Shown here: in pieces, positions 38,633 to 48,797 of the stretch
Layout of the letters: each line of letters begins with the position of its first letter
How positions within the stretch are numbered: position 1 is the first letter of the stretch
Origin: an uncultured delta proteobacterium
GTDB lineage: Bacteria > Desulfobacterota > Syntrophorhabdia > Syntrophorhabdales > WCHB1-27
NCBI GenBank assembly: GCA_963810935.1
Contig: CAWEPK010000008.1
Span: 288,001 to 352,000, forward strand
Reading direction: 5' to 3'
Length of the DNA stretch: 64,000 bases
The notes under the pieces: model-generated
What the model saw: the letters and a program-made list of their open reading frames with translations, nothing else
What the model was told of the DNA's origin: nothing
Database searches by the model: none
Translations under genes and position numbers: made by a program

Positions 38633-39989
38633 AGAGCTGCAGCGCCTCGATAAATCCGCCGTCTGGCACCCATTCACGCAGATGGCCGACTGGGAAAAGG
38701 AGGCGCCCCTCGTCATCGAGTCCGGCGAGGGCAATTATCTCATCGACACAAAGGGGCAGCGCTATTTCGACGGAGTTTCTTCGCTGTGGGTCAATCTCTT
38801 CGGCCACCGCAGGAAGGAGATCGACGACGCAGTCCGGGCGCAGCTTGACCGCGTCGCCCATTCGACGTTCCTGGGCCTCTCGCACGTCCCCGCGATAGAG
38901 CTTGCCGGAAAGCTCGTCGCCCTCGTGCCGCCCGGCCTCTCCAGGGTCTTCTATTCGGACAACGGCTCGACCGCGATGGAGATCTGCATCAAGATGGCGT
39001 ACCAGTACTGGCAGCTCAGGGAAGGGACCGCGGCCAAGAAAGAATTCCTGACCCATACGGAGGCCTATCACGGCGATACAATCGGGGCCGTGTCGGCGGG
39101 CGGCATCGACCTGTTCCACAAGATTTTCCGGCCCCTCCTTTTTACGACGCACCGCATCCCTACCCCGCACTGCTACCGCTGCCCATACGGCCTTGAGCGG
39201 CCGTCGTGCGCGATGGCATGCGCGGACAGGATGGAGGAGACAGTGCGCGGACTTGCGGACAGGCTCGCGGCCTTCATCGCCGAACCGCTGGTACAGGGTG
39301 CGGCAGGGATGCTCATGATGCCCGAGGGCTACCTTGGCCGCCTGCGCAAAGTGACTGCCGAATGCGGCGTCCTTCTCATCTGCGATGAGGTGGCTACGGG
39401 CTTCGGCAGGACGGGGACGCTTTTCGCCTGCAATCAGGAAGGCGTCTCTCCCGACCTGATGTCCGTAGCGAAAGGTCTCACCGGCGGCTACCTGCCGCTT
39501 GCCGCCACCTTCGCAACCGAAGAAATCTATGCAACCTTCCTCGGGCGCTACGAGGAATTCAAGGCGTTTTTCCACGGCCATTCATATACTGCAAACCCGC
39601 TCGCCTGCGCAGCCGCGCTCGCCACGCTCTCCATCTTCGAGGGTGAGCCGGTCATTGAGCGCGTTAGCAGCCTCGCCAGCACTATGGCCCGAGAGTTGTC
39701 CGCCTTGCGCGACCTCCCGCACGTCGGAGACATCCGTCAAAAAGGGCTGATGGCAGGCATCGAAATTGTCGCGGACAAAAAAACGAAAGAGCCTTATCCG
39801 CCCGAAAAGAAGATCGGCCAGCGCATTGTCAGCAAGGTGCGCGAGAAAGGCGTGATCCTCCGCCCCCTGGGCGACATCATTGTCTTCATGCCGCCCCTTT
39901 CCTCGACCGAAACAGAGATCGAGCACCTCGTCCGCTCCGCCGCCTGTGCCATGGACGCCGTCCTGAAAGAAGAGGCAGCCAATGGATAG
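38619..39989 (+). CDS. bioA: Adenosylmethionine-8-amino-7-oxononanoate transaminase
   Basis: WHPFTQM, SSLWVN, YHGDT, DEVATGFGRTG, AKGLTGGYLP. Confidence 0.95.
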   Translation: MDRTEELQRLDKSAVWHPFTQMADWEKEAPLVIESGEGNYLIDTKGQRYFDGVSSLWVNLFGHRRKEIDDAVRAQLDRVAHSTFLGLSHVPAIELAGKLVALVPPGLSRVFYSDNGSTAMEICIKMAYQYWQLREGTAAKKEFLTHTEAYHGDTIGAVSAGGIDLFHKIFRPLLFTTHRIPTPHCYRCPYGLERPSCAMACADRMEETVRGLADRLAAFIAEPLVQGAAGMLMMPEGYLGRLRKVTAECGVLLICDEVATGFGRTGTLFACNQEGVSPDLMSVAKGLTGGYLPLAATFATEEIYATFLGRYEEFKAFFHGHSYTANPLACAAALATLSIFEGEPVIERVSSLASTMARELSALRDLPHVGDIRQKGLMAGIEIVADKKTKEPYPPEKKIGQRIVSKVREKGVILRPLGDIIVFMPPLSSTETEIEHLVRSAACAMDAVLKEEAANG

Positions 39990-40695
39990 GCGGACCGACG
40001 GCCGCATAGCCGGGATATTCGTCTCGGGCACGGACACGGAAGTCGGCAAGACGTATGTGACCTGCCTGCTCTGCAAGCGGCTGCGCGAGGAAGGGAGAAT
40101 CATCCGGCCCTTCAAGCCCGTGGAATCGGGCTGCGAGAAAGACCGAAACGGAAGGCTAATCCCCGCCGATGCAACCGCGCTACGCGATGTTGCGGCCCCG
40201 GGTCTTGCCGTGGAAGACGTCTGCCTTTACAGGCTGGTTGCGCCCGTCTCGCCCCACCTGGCTGCCAGAATGGAAGGCGTCGAGATCGACACGGAGAAAA
40301 TCAAACGCGCGATACATGCGGGCGAGCGGGGGGCTGACCTGGTGATAGTAGAGGGCGCGGGCGGCATAACCGTGGAGCTGCGCGAGGGCTATTCCTTCGC
40401 CCAACTGGCGGCGGATCTGGGCTACCCGGCACTGCTCGTAGCAGAGAACCGCCTGGGCATACTCAACCAGGTGGCGCTCAATGTACACTACCTGGCGCAG
40501 CGGGGTGTTCCGCTGCTCGGCGTGATACTGAATGACCGCACGGCGGATGTATCACCAGCGGCGCAGACGAATGCAGCGGAGTTACAACGTGTGTGTGGGG
40601 AGGCGTACCTCGGACGCGTTAGCCACTCAGCCACAACAATTCCCGACGAAGTCTATCGTTCTTTCGTCTCCCTGATATCTTCATCGGCCTATTAA
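39982..40695 (+). CDS. bioD: Dethiobiotin synthase
   Basis: GTDTEVGKT, KPVESG, VEGAGG. Confidence 0.95.
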   Translation: MDRRTDGRIAGIFVSGTDTEVGKTYVTCLLCKRLREEGRIIRPFKPVESGCEKDRNGRLIPADATALRDVAAPGLAVEDVCLYRLVAPVSPHLAARMEGVEIDTEKIKRAIHAGERGADLVIVEGAGGITVELREGYSFAQLAADLGYPALLVAENRLGILNQVALNVHYLAQRGVPLLGVILNDRTADVSPAAQTNAAELQRVCGEAYLGRVSHSATTIPDEVYRSFVSLISSSAY

Positions 40696-40798
40696 CCGAC
40701 CCGGCAGGATACATTTCCCCCCTACCGCCTCCAAATGTTGACAACGCAGCAATAAGGTACTATTTTCCGCACATAATCTTTTTATATTGAGGGGTAAA

Positions 40799-41155
40799 AT
40801 GTCAAAATTAAAGCCAAATGATATCAAGGAGGAGGTTAAGCAAGTCTTGAAGGGAGCGCCTATCAATGACCGAGGTCGAGGTCGTTCCTTTCAAACTGCC
40901 TACCAAATACTTCTGCGATTACCAGAAAAGTTGAGAAACCAACTTATAGAAGAACGGGGGAAACGAGAATCTGGGGAACGCAAGCACTACACCGCAGCAA
41001 CTGTCGTCGCCCAAGCTGCGACGATGCTGGGACCTGCTGAGGTCGACACCGAGTTTCTTGACAGATATTCTCTCAGCATAAAGTTGGAGGGCGCATTGGA
41101 CGAGGAGATTGAGCCGGGCAGTCAGAATGTCGGGCTATATCGGCTAAGAATGTAA
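40799..41155 (+). CDS. Hypothetical protein in an AT-richer islet
   Basis: SD GAGGGG; TTGACA-17-TATTTT upstream; codon usage visibly different from neighbours. Confidence 0.65.
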   Translation: MSKLKPNDIKEEVKQVLKGAPINDRGRGRSFQTAYQILLRLPEKLRNQLIEERGKRESGERKHYTAATVVAQAATMLGPAEVDTEFLDRYSLSIKLEGALDEEIEPGSQNVGLYRLRM

Positions 41156-41179
41156 TGAGATTTCCTTGATAGCGGGCGC

Positions 41180-41470
41180 TCAGACATAGATCAAATCTTT
41201 CTTGATAAGTTTTCGATGCCGGGTATTTATAGCACGCGAGGAGACGACTTCCGTGCGCAGACCAAGGTGCTTTTCAATTCTGTCGGCAAGGGTCACAAAG
41301 TCCAAACCGATGGACGGATCGACTTCAACGAGTACATCTACGTCGCTGTCTTTGCGCTGTTCCATGCGGGCGTATGATCCGAAAAGGCCTATTCTGCGGA
41401 CTTTAAACTCTTTCTGCAACTCCGGCTTTGCATCAGCCAGAATCTTCAGGACTTCTTCGCGGCTCTTCAC
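41180..41470 (-). CDS. Minimal nucleotidyltransferase (MntA-type antitoxin)
   Basis: GLFGSYAR..DSDVDVLV motif, 96 aa. Confidence 0.9.
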   Translation of the reverse strand: MKSREEVLKILADAKPELQKEFKVRRIGLFGSYARMEQRKDSDVDVLVEVDPSIGLDFVTLADRIEKHLGLRTEVVSSRAINTRHRKLIKKDLIYV

Positions 41471-41479
41471 GTCAAACCT

Positions 41480-41632
41480 CTATATCGGCTCCAGGTAGAG
41501 TTCTATAGCTTCTCTTATGTTCCTAATCGCATCTTCCATGTCGTCGCCTTCGCTCAGGCAGCCCGGCAAAGCGGGAACGGATGCGACGTATCCGCCTTCT
41601 TCGCTGGGCTCCAGTACGATTTCCAATTGCAT
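41480..41632 (-). CDS. hicB: HicB-like antitoxin (50 aa, absent from the ORF track, possibly 3' truncated)
   Basis: MQLEIVLEPSEEGGYVASVPALPGCLSEGDDMEDAIRNIREAIELYLEPI; SD GAGGTGG. Confidence 0.88.
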   Translation of the reverse strand: MQLEIVLEPSEEGGYVASVPALPGCLSEGDDMEDAIRNIREAIELYLEPI

Positions 41633-41708
41633 AGCCCACCTCTGTCAGAAGTATATACCATTTGCAGATTAGGATGATAAGGATTATGGCTCGCTTACGG
41701 CCTTGCTT

Positions 41709-41834
41709 CGGCCGGGGTAGTTTCGATGGATTTTCCGTTGTTTTTCGACGGCGCCCGACGAGGCTGTACAGTTGGAGTACGCCGAGGAGGCGCGCCGAGA
41801 AAACGGCGGAAAAGGCGCGAAAGGACCCCGGCCG
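41709..41834. repeat. 126-bp imperfect palindrome (MITE/REP-like), repeat family member D
   Basis: Terminal CGGCCGGGGT/ACCCCGGCCG, TTTTCCGTTGTTTT/AAAACGGCGGAAAA, central GTAC-N7-GTAC. Confidence 0.8.
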
Positions 41835-41868
41835 CGTGACCACCGGGGCCGCGCCGCCTAACGCTCAC

Positions 41869-42765
41869 CTATACTACACTCGCAATAGCTTCCTGTATTT
41901 CCGGATACCGAAATGCGAAGCCGCTGCTGATCAGGCGGCGCGGAATGACCCTTTGCCCCTTTAATACCACCGAACCGAATTCTCCCAGAATCAGGCGGAC
42001 CATGAAGGCCGGGGCCGGCAGGAAGGATGGGCGGTGAAGCGCCTTGCCCAATGCCCGCGCAAGGTCCCTGTTCCTTACGGGGTTCGGCGCGCAAAGGTTC
42101 ACCGGTCCGGTAATTTCGGGATGAAGGAGGAGAAAAGCAAACGCCTCCGTCAAATCATGCATATGTATCCACGAGAACCATTGGCGCCCGCTGCCTATCG
42201 GCCCGCCGACGAACTTCCTGAAAAGGGGTATCATCTGGCCGATCGCCCCGCCTTTCGGGCCGAGAACGATACCGAACCGGGTTGTCACTACCCTCGCCCC
42301 CTTCTCGCGCGCTTTTAGAGCTTCCGCCTCCCAGTCGACTGCCAGTGTAGCGAGAAAGTCGTCTCCAGGCGGCGACTCCTCGGTCAGTACCTCGTCTTCG
42401 TGGAAACCGTAGTATCCCACGGCCGACGTGCTGAACAGGGTAAAAGGCTTTTCGGCCGGGATACCTTCCACCAGATGTCTCGTCGTCGCGAGCCTGCTCT
42501 CTCTTATCAGTTTCTTCTGCTCAGGCGTCCACTTCGTAAATATGGACGCCCCGGCAAGGTTGACGGCCGCATCGTGCCTGCCGACGACCTCCTGCCAGGG
42601 TCCGCGTCGGGTCGGGTCGGCCTCAACGAAGACCAATCCGGGCAAATCCGCTCTGCCCCGCTCGCCGGGACGTTCCAACACAGTTACCGTATGGCCGTCC
42701 TTCGCGAAGCGGGCGGCAAGGCTTGTGCCGACAAAACCCGTTCCCCCGGTCATCAGGATTTTCAT
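41869..42765 (-). CDS. TIGR01777 family NAD-dependent epimerase/oxidoreductase (YfcH-like)
   Basis: TGGTGFVG, NLAGA, SAVGYYG, GPIGSGRQWFSWIH. Confidence 0.92.
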   Translation of the reverse strand: MKILMTGGTGFVGTSLAARFAKDGHTVTVLERPGERGRADLPGLVFVEADPTRRGPWQEVVGRHDAAVNLAGASIFTKWTPEQKKLIRESRLATTRHLVEGIPAEKPFTLFSTSAVGYYGFHEDEVLTEESPPGDDFLATLAVDWEAEALKAREKGARVVTTRFGIVLGPKGGAIGQMIPLFRKFVGGPIGSGRQWFSWIHMHDLTEAFAFLLLHPEITGPVNLCAPNPVRNRDLARALGKALHRPSFLPAPAFMVRLILGEFGSVVLKGQRVIPRRLISSGFAFRYPEIQEAIASVV

Positions 42766-42845
42766 GGATTGCCCTTCCTGTCTGTAATCGTTACCTTTCA
42801 TATAATCACTTTTTCTGTCGCGGAGAAGACGGAGGCTGCCTCACT

Positions 42846-43346
42846 ATGCGAAAGGTTATCGTCAACGACACGATGCAGCGCAATTACACATACGTCCTGA
42901 GCGAACCGGAAGGCAAGAACTTCCATCCCGGTTTCACGCCCGATTTGACGCCCGGCGAGATCCTGCGGCTTGGCGTTTTCGGCGGCAAATATATGACCGA
43001 CTGCCGGAAAGAATTCCCGGAGGCATGGTTCAAGAGCGCTAAGTTGTGTCATGAGCGCCACGACCCGGTATTGAACTTCTTCGGGGTGAACGCTTCATTG
43101 CCACTTTCCGAATGGAGGAAGCGGGGGTGGATCTATCACGAGGACCCGAGGGGCTGGTTCCAGTGGTATTGCAGGTACTACATTGGACGAAGATGCACCG
43201 ATGACGCACGTCAGATCAGGCGGTGGAGGGCGATCAAAAGACACATAAGTCAGATCGTCCGTAATTGCCGCCCCGGCGACCTCGGCTGCCGCAAGAGGCA
43301 GAGACAGGCTGTCCTTCATTGGGCCTACGACAGCCGGAAAATATAA
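42846..43346 (+). CDS. Conserved hypothetical protein (Trp/Arg-rich)
   Basis: FTPDLTPGEILRLGVFGGKY, DPRGWFQWYCRYY.GRR, RQAVLHWAYD; SD GGAGG. Confidence 0.8.
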   Translation: MRKVIVNDTMQRNYTYVLSEPEGKNFHPGFTPDLTPGEILRLGVFGGKYMTDCRKEFPEAWFKSAKLCHERHDPVLNFFGVNASLPLSEWRKRGWIYHEDPRGWFQWYCRYYIGRRCTDDARQIRRWRAIKRHISQIVRNCRPGDLGCRKRQRQAVLHWAYDSRKI

Positions 43347-43441
43347 GAATCTTCAGACGCCACGCGTTCGAGCCGGCCGCAAGCCCCCTTGTTTCTGCGC
43401 CGATCGTAGGGTAAAATAGGCGGACGGAAGGCAAGGGAGAT

Positions 43442-45409
43442 ATGGGCAAGAACATCGTAGAGAAAGTATTTCAGGCACATTTGAAAGACGGTGCATATGT
43501 GCCCGGCCAGACCATAGGCATAGCAATCGATCAAACCCTCACCCAGGACGCGACCGGCACTATGACCTATCTGCAATTCGAGGCGCTCGGGGTGGACCGC
43601 GTCCGCACCGCCCTCTCCGTCAATTACGTAGACCACAACACGCTCCAGGTCGGCTTCGAGAACTCGGACGACCACCTATACCTGGAAAGCGTTTGCGCCC
43701 GGTTCGGGGTCGTCTACTCGCGGGCTGGCAACGGCATTTGCCACCAGGTCCACCTGGAGCGCTTCGGCAAGCCGGGCACCACGCTCCTCGGCGCAGACAG
43801 CCACACGACGACGGGCGGGGGCATCGGCCAAGTCGCAATCGGCGCAGGTGGGCTCGACGTGGCGCTCGCCATGGCGGGCAGCCCATTCTATTTGACGTGC
43901 CCAAAAGTCTGCCTTGTCAGGCTTTCCGGCAGCCTCCCTGACTGGGTGACGGCAAAAGATATCGTGCTCAAGGTGCTCTCCATCATCACGACGACAGGTA
44001 ACGTAGGCGTGGTCCTCGAATACGGAGGGCCGGGCGTAGCGGGCCTTTCCGTGCCCCAGCGCGCGACGGTAGCGAACATGGGCGCGGAGACGGGCGTCAC
44101 CACGTCCGTCTTCCCTTCAGACGAAGTGACGCGGGCCTTTCTGAAAGCCCAGGGCCGCGAAGCCGACTGGCAGCCCCTCGCGCCGGACGCTGACGCCCGG
44201 TACGACAGCGTCATCGACATCGATCTGTCCGCGCTTGAGCCGCTCGTCAGCCTGCCCCACAGCCCCGGCAACGTAGCCAGGATATCGGACGTCGGCCCCA
44301 TGCCCGTCGATCAGGTCTGCATCGGGTCGTGCACCAATTCTTCTTACCATGACCTTATGGTCGCCGCCGCAATCCTCAAAGGGCGCAGGGTCCACCCACG
44401 CGTCAGCCTCGGCATCGCGCCGGGCTCCCGCCAGGTTCTCCGGATGCTCGTGCGGGACGGTGGACTGGCCGACCTGATAGCTGCGGGCGGACGCCTCATG
44501 GAATCTGCCTGCGGCTTCTGCGTGGGCAATCACTTCTCGCCCAGGAGCATGGGTGTCTCCGTGAGGACGTCGAACCGCAACTTCGAGGGGCGCTCCGGCA
44601 CCAAGGACGCAAAGGTCTACCTGGCAAGCCCGGAGGCAGCAGCAGTCGCAGCGGTAACGGGGCAGCTCGCCGATCCGCGGGCCTTCGGCATGCCATACCC
44701 GAAGATCGCGGAGCCGGAAACCTACCTGATCGACGATTCCATGTTCGTATTCCCTACGCCGGAGATGGCGGATACGCCCATCGTGCGCGGGCCGAACATA
44801 GGCGAGCCGCCGAAGAACGGCGCAATGCCTCCCGACCTGGACGGCGTGGCAGTGATAAAAGTGGGCGACCGCATCACAACGGACCACATCATGCCTGCCG
44901 GAGAACGGCTGAAGTTCCGCTCGAACGTCCCGAAGTACGCCCGCTATGTCTTCGAGAACATCGACCCCGGCTTTGCCGGCACCTGTATGGAGAACAAGGC
45001 CCGCGGAGTGCACAACGTGATCGTGGCGGGCGACTCCTACGGGCAAGGGTCGAGCCGCGAGCACGCGGCGCTTTGCCCCATGTACCTGGGCGTCAAGGCG
45101 GTCATAGCAAAGTCGTTCGAGCGCATCCACGCTGCAAACCTTGTGAACTTCGGCATAATACCGATGGTCTTCGCCGACGCGGCAGATTACGATAAAGTGC
45201 AGGCGGGCGACCGGCTTACGGCCCCCGGCTGGCGCGATGCAGTCGCGAAAGGTGCGCCGGTCATCGTGCGGAATGGGCGCACGGGCGAGACGTTCGCCTG
45301 CATCTGCCAGATCTCCGAAAAACAACGCGCCATCGTCGCTGCGGGCGGCCTGCTCAATTACGTATCGGCCAGCAGAGACGCGGGAGACCCTGCATATGTC
45401 GAAGATTAA
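43442..45409 (+). CDS. acn: Aconitate hydratase (short, Aquifex/deltaproteobacterial type)
   Basis: [51 protein letters not shown]. Confidence 0.92.
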   Translation: MGKNIVEKVFQAHLKDGAYVPGQTIGIAIDQTLTQDATGTMTYLQFEALGVDRVRTALSVNYVDHNTLQVGFENSDDHLYLESVCARFGVVYSRAGNGICHQVHLERFGKPGTTLLGADSHTTTGGGIGQVAIGAGGLDVALAMAGSPFYLTCPKVCLVRLSGSLPDWVTAKDIVLKVLSIITTTGNVGVVLEYGGPGVAGLSVPQRATVANMGAETGVTTSVFPSDEVTRAFLKAQGREADWQPLAPDADARYDSVIDIDLSALEPLVSLPHSPGNVARISDVGPMPVDQVCIGSCTNSSYHDLMVAAAILKGRRVHPRVSLGIAPGSRQVLRMLVRDGGLADLIAAGGRLMESACGFCVGNHFSPRSMGVSVRTSNRNFEGRSGTKDAKVYLASPEAAAVAAVTGQLADPRAFGMPYPKIAEPETYLIDDSMFVFPTPEMADTPIVRGPNIGEPPKNGAMPPDLDGVAVIKVGDRITTDHIMPAGERLKFRSNVPKYARYVFENIDPGFAGTCMENKARGVHNVIVAGDSYGQGSSREHAALCPMYLGVKAVIAKSFERIHAANLVNFGIIPMVFADAADYDKVQAGDRLTAPGWRDAVAKGAPVIVRNGRTGETFACICQISEKQRAIVAAGGLLNYVSASRDAGDPAYVED

Positions 45410-46592
45410 GGTAAAGACCCCGATAGTCGAAATGGACGGCGACGAGATGACGCGCGTCATCTGGGGCCTCGTCAAAGAGCGCCTGATCCTGCCGTTCTTC
45501 GACATCCCCCTCGAATATTACGACCTCGGCATGAAAGTGCGCGACGCCACGGACGACCGGGTGACCCTGGAGGCGGCAAACGCCGTGCGGCGGCTTGGCG
45601 TAGGCGTGAAGTGCGCGACCATCACGGCCGACGAGCAGCGCATAACGGAGTACGGGCTCAAGAAGGCATGGCCTTCGCCGAACGGGACGATACGCTCGGT
45701 CCTCGACGGCACCGTGTTCCGCAAGCCCATTATCGCCGGCAACATCGCGCCTGCCGTCCGCTCGTGGAAAAAACCGATCATTATCGGCAGACACGCTTAC
45801 GGAGACATTTACAGCGGCGTAGAGATGAAGATCGACCGGCCCGGACGCGTCGACCTTGTTTACACCGATTCGGAAGGCCGGGAGAGCCGCCTGCCCGTCC
45901 ACGACTTCAAAAGCGCGGGCGTCGTAATGGCGATACACAACCTGGAGCCGTCGGTGCGCTCCTTCGCGAAGTCCTGCATCAACTACGCCCTCGACGAAGG
46001 CACGGACCTCTGGTTCTCGATGAAGGACACGATCAGCAAGAAGTACCACGCCTTTTTCAGGGACGTCTTCGCGCAAGAGGTGGCGGTCCGCAAGTCCGAC
46101 CTCGACGCGGCAGGCATCGCATACAGCTACATGCTCATCGACGACGCGGCCGCACGGATGATGAAGCAGGAGGGAGGCATCCTCTGGGCAGTCAGCAACT
46201 ACGACGGCGACGTCTTCTCCGACGTTATCGCCGCGGGGTTCGGCAGCCTCGGCATGATGACCTCCGTGCTCGTCTCGCCGGACGGTAAATACGAGTTCGA
46301 GGCGGCCCACGGAACGGTGAGACGCCATTATTACGAGCACCTGAAAGGCAGGTCGACGAGCACGAACCCCGTGGCGTCCATCTTCGCCTGGACCGGCGCA
46401 ATCAAAAAGCGCGCAGAGCTCGACGGCGACGCAGAGCCGGCCGCCTTTGCCCGCAAGATCGAGGCGGCAGTGGTTGCCTGCGTCGAGGCAGGCATTGCCA
46501 CGAAAGACCTCACCCCGTTAATAACGCCCCAGCCGGACCGCCCCCGCACGACCGAAGAATTCATCGACGCAGTAGCAGCGCGCATCATCTAG
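45396..46592 (+). CDS. icd: NADP-dependent isocitrate dehydrogenase (eukaryote-like type II)
   Basis: [37 protein letters not shown]. Confidence 0.95.
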   Translation: MSKIKVKTPIVEMDGDEMTRVIWGLVKERLILPFFDIPLEYYDLGMKVRDATDDRVTLEAANAVRRLGVGVKCATITADEQRITEYGLKKAWPSPNGTIRSVLDGTVFRKPIIAGNIAPAVRSWKKPIIIGRHAYGDIYSGVEMKIDRPGRVDLVYTDSEGRESRLPVHDFKSAGVVMAIHNLEPSVRSFAKSCINYALDEGTDLWFSMKDTISKKYHAFFRDVFAQEVAVRKSDLDAAGIAYSYMLIDDAAARMMKQEGGILWAVSNYDGDVFSDVIAAGFGSLGMMTSVLVSPDGKYEFEAAHGTVRRHYYEHLKGRSTSTNPVASIFAWTGAIKKRAELDGDAEPAAFARKIEAAVVACVEAGIATKDLTPLITPQPDRPRTTEEFIDAVAARII

Positions 46593-46632
46593 CGTATCGT
46601 TTCAACAATAACTTTACCCTGAGCCCAGTGGT

Positions 46633-46699
46633 CGTCATTCCGGCGAACGCCGGAATCCAGGCGAAAAAGACTGGATGCCGGATCCAGTCCGGCATGGCG
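46633..46699. repeat. CGTC-type REP-like inverted doublet
   Basis: CGTCATTCCGGCGAACGCCGGAATCCAG ... CTGGATGCCGGATCCAGTCCGGCATGGCG. Confidence 0.8.
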
Positions 46700-46788
46700 T
46701 AATTGCGGAGTTATCCGGCCAGTGTACTGTCTCGGTGGGCCTGCCGTTTTTGGCTGCTTTTTTGCCCTCCCGTGTTATACTACGATTC

Positions 46789-47841
46789 ATGAGAAAGAGG
46801 GAGCCGAGAAGGAAAGAAATCCGTGTCAAGCGCATGGTCCTCATTATCGTCGCCATCATCTGCGTCGGGACCATCGGATACAGGCTTCTCGGGAAACCGA
46901 ACACTACCCTTCTCGACGCCCTTTACATGACGGTGACCACCCTCACGACGGTCGGCTATGAAGACCACGTGGGGGTCCACAACTCGACGGCCGGCAAAGT
47001 CTTTTCGATTGTCTATCTCTTCGTCAGCGTCGGCGCGATGTTCTACCTCTTTACGGCCCTGGCTGCTTACATGGTCGAAGGAGAGGTAAGGAAGGTCTTC
47101 AGGAGGAGAAGCATGGAGAAACGCATCGAAAAGCTGAAGGGCCACTATATTGTCTGCGGGATCGGCATGGTGGGCCTTTACATAGTCCACGAGCTATATG
47201 AGACGAAGAGGCGGCAAGTCGCCCTCGATTCCGACCCCGCCCAGCTCGAGGTCCTGAGTACGCGCAACATCGACGTCCCGATGCTCGTCGGCGACGCGAC
47301 GGAAAACGAGGTGCTCGAGAAAGCGATGATAAGGGAGGCAAAGGGCCTCTTCGCCACGACCAACTCCGACAACGACAACATCGTCATCGCCCTAACGGCC
47401 AAGCAGTTGAACCCTTCCCTGCGCGTAGTCTGCAGGTGCAACGACACGAAGAATATCGAGAAGATAAAGCGCGCGGGCGCAGATACCGTAGTCGCCCTCA
47501 ACTACATCGGCGGCCTCCGCATGGCGTCCGACATGACGAGACCCCACGCGACCGATTTCCTTGAATCGATGCTGCACGACAGGGAACAAGCATTACGCGT
47601 GGAAGAGGTCCGTGTGCCTGAAGACTCGAAATACATGGGCAGGCTCGTCGGAGACCTGGACTTCACGAATATGGGCAACATGCTCCTTCTCGCAGTGAGG
47701 AAAGAAGGCGGCAAGTGGATATACAACCCACCGGCGACACTAGCGCTCGAAAAAGATATGCACCTGATAGTCCTGGCGACGCCGGAAGAGCGCAAACTCC
47801 TGCAATACGAGCTACAATCGACGGAGGGCGGGCAGGCGTAA
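46789..47841 (+). CDS. Two-TM potassium channel with RCK (TrkA-N/TrkA-C) domains
   Basis: TLTTVGY filter-like motif, CGIGMVG, GDAT, C-terminal YNP. Confidence 0.9.
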   Translation: MRKREPRRKEIRVKRMVLIIVAIICVGTIGYRLLGKPNTTLLDALYMTVTTLTTVGYEDHVGVHNSTAGKVFSIVYLFVSVGAMFYLFTALAAYMVEGEVRKVFRRRSMEKRIEKLKGHYIVCGIGMVGLYIVHELYETKRRQVALDSDPAQLEVLSTRNIDVPMLVGDATENEVLEKAMIREAKGLFATTNSDNDNIVIALTAKQLNPSLRVVCRCNDTKNIEKIKRAGADTVVALNYIGGLRMASDMTRPHATDFLESMLHDREQALRVEEVRVPEDSKYMGRLVGDLDFTNMGNMLLLAVRKEGGKWIYNPPATLALEKDMHLIVLATPEERKLLQYELQSTEGGQA

Positions 47842-48156
47842 GCCGGCGGGGGCTGGGGACCGTTAGCGCAGAAACAACGGAAAGGCGGTTTTCAGCGGCT
47901 GGACTCGCGCCTACTGCAGAATCGCGCCTATCACGATTTCTTGAGGCGATCCTCCGGGCCGCTGCCGCCGCAATCGAATAAAGAGCACCCGTTGGGCGGC
48001 GGCAAAAGTTATTTTAGACCTCACGGCCGGAAGACACATCCCGACGTACTTCCAAGACTGCAGAGATGCGGGCGTAGCGACGCCATAATTCATTAATTAG
48101 TAATGATCGCCCGCACTGGCCAGCCCGTTGCCCACCCAGATGGATAGAACAATTTC

Positions 48157-48197
48157 TTGACAATTTAAGATATATAAGATAGCCTTCTTATATATCT
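48157..48197 (+). promoter_or_regulatory. sigma70 promoter with perfect 12-bp inverted repeat operator
   Basis: TTGACA-17-TAGCCT; AGATATATAAGA/TCTTATATATCT arms flank the -10 hexamer exactly. Confidence 0.75.
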
Positions 48198-48218
48198 ACC
48201 AATATTAAGGAGGACATC

Positions 48219-48797
48219 ATGTTGACCGCGGGCTCTGTTGAGGAAATTCTTAGAGTCATTAAGAAAACGAAAGAGTATTACGTAGGCGGGGAGTCGGTAG
48301 GTAAGGCATACATTTTGGCTTGTAGGCTCGTCAGTAAGAATAGGAAGTTTTACCAAACGGTTGCTGATGGATGCACAAGACGGCTTGGTTTTGTTGGCCG
48401 TGGGGCGACAGCAGCATTTCAACGAGTTCTTCGTGAGTGGATCGATGGTGACGGAAACAACTTGAAAAAGATTCTTCTAACGAAGGCTGACAAAACGGCC
48501 TCGGGGATGATATTGGCGTTCTTTGATGAGAAGGCAGCCAGCAGTGGGATCAAAGAAACAAAGGTGGGTGCAAACACAAGTCAGGATACGGAAATCATAT
48601 CCTTTCGTCTCCCTGTGTCACTCGTGCAACAATTGAAGGTACTTGCGGAAGCTAGGGGACAATCACCAGTTGAATGGGTTTCTAAGACCGTGATCGCTGC
48701 TATAGATGCCGAGCTTCACGATCTCCTATCAAAGATGATCAAAAATATGCCTGATGAAAATAGGCAGAAGTTTCTGAAAGAATTACAAAAGCAATAG
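48219..48797 (+). CDS. Hypothetical protein with C-terminal ribbon-helix-helix-like DNA-binding domain
   Basis: SD AAGGAGG; IISFRLPVSLVQQLKVLAEARGQSPVEWVSKTV. Confidence 0.75.
   Translation: MLTAGSVEEILRVIKKTKEYYVGGESVGKAYILACRLVSKNRKFYQTVADGCTRRLGFVGRGATAAFQRVLREWIDGDGNNLKKILLTKADKTASGMILAFFDEKAASSGIKETKVGANTSQDTEIISFRLPVSLVQQLKVLAEARGQSPVEWVSKTVIAAIDAELHDLLSKMIKNMPDENRQKFLKELQKQ

Noticed and set aside
41856..41862. Integron attC core (GCCTAAC; also GTTAGGC at about 8833 and 62372)
   Set aside because: No matching complementary core at attC distance and no integrase
47911..48093. 60-aa minus-strand ORF in the insert
   Set aside because: No SD or recognisable motif; not supportable as a gene
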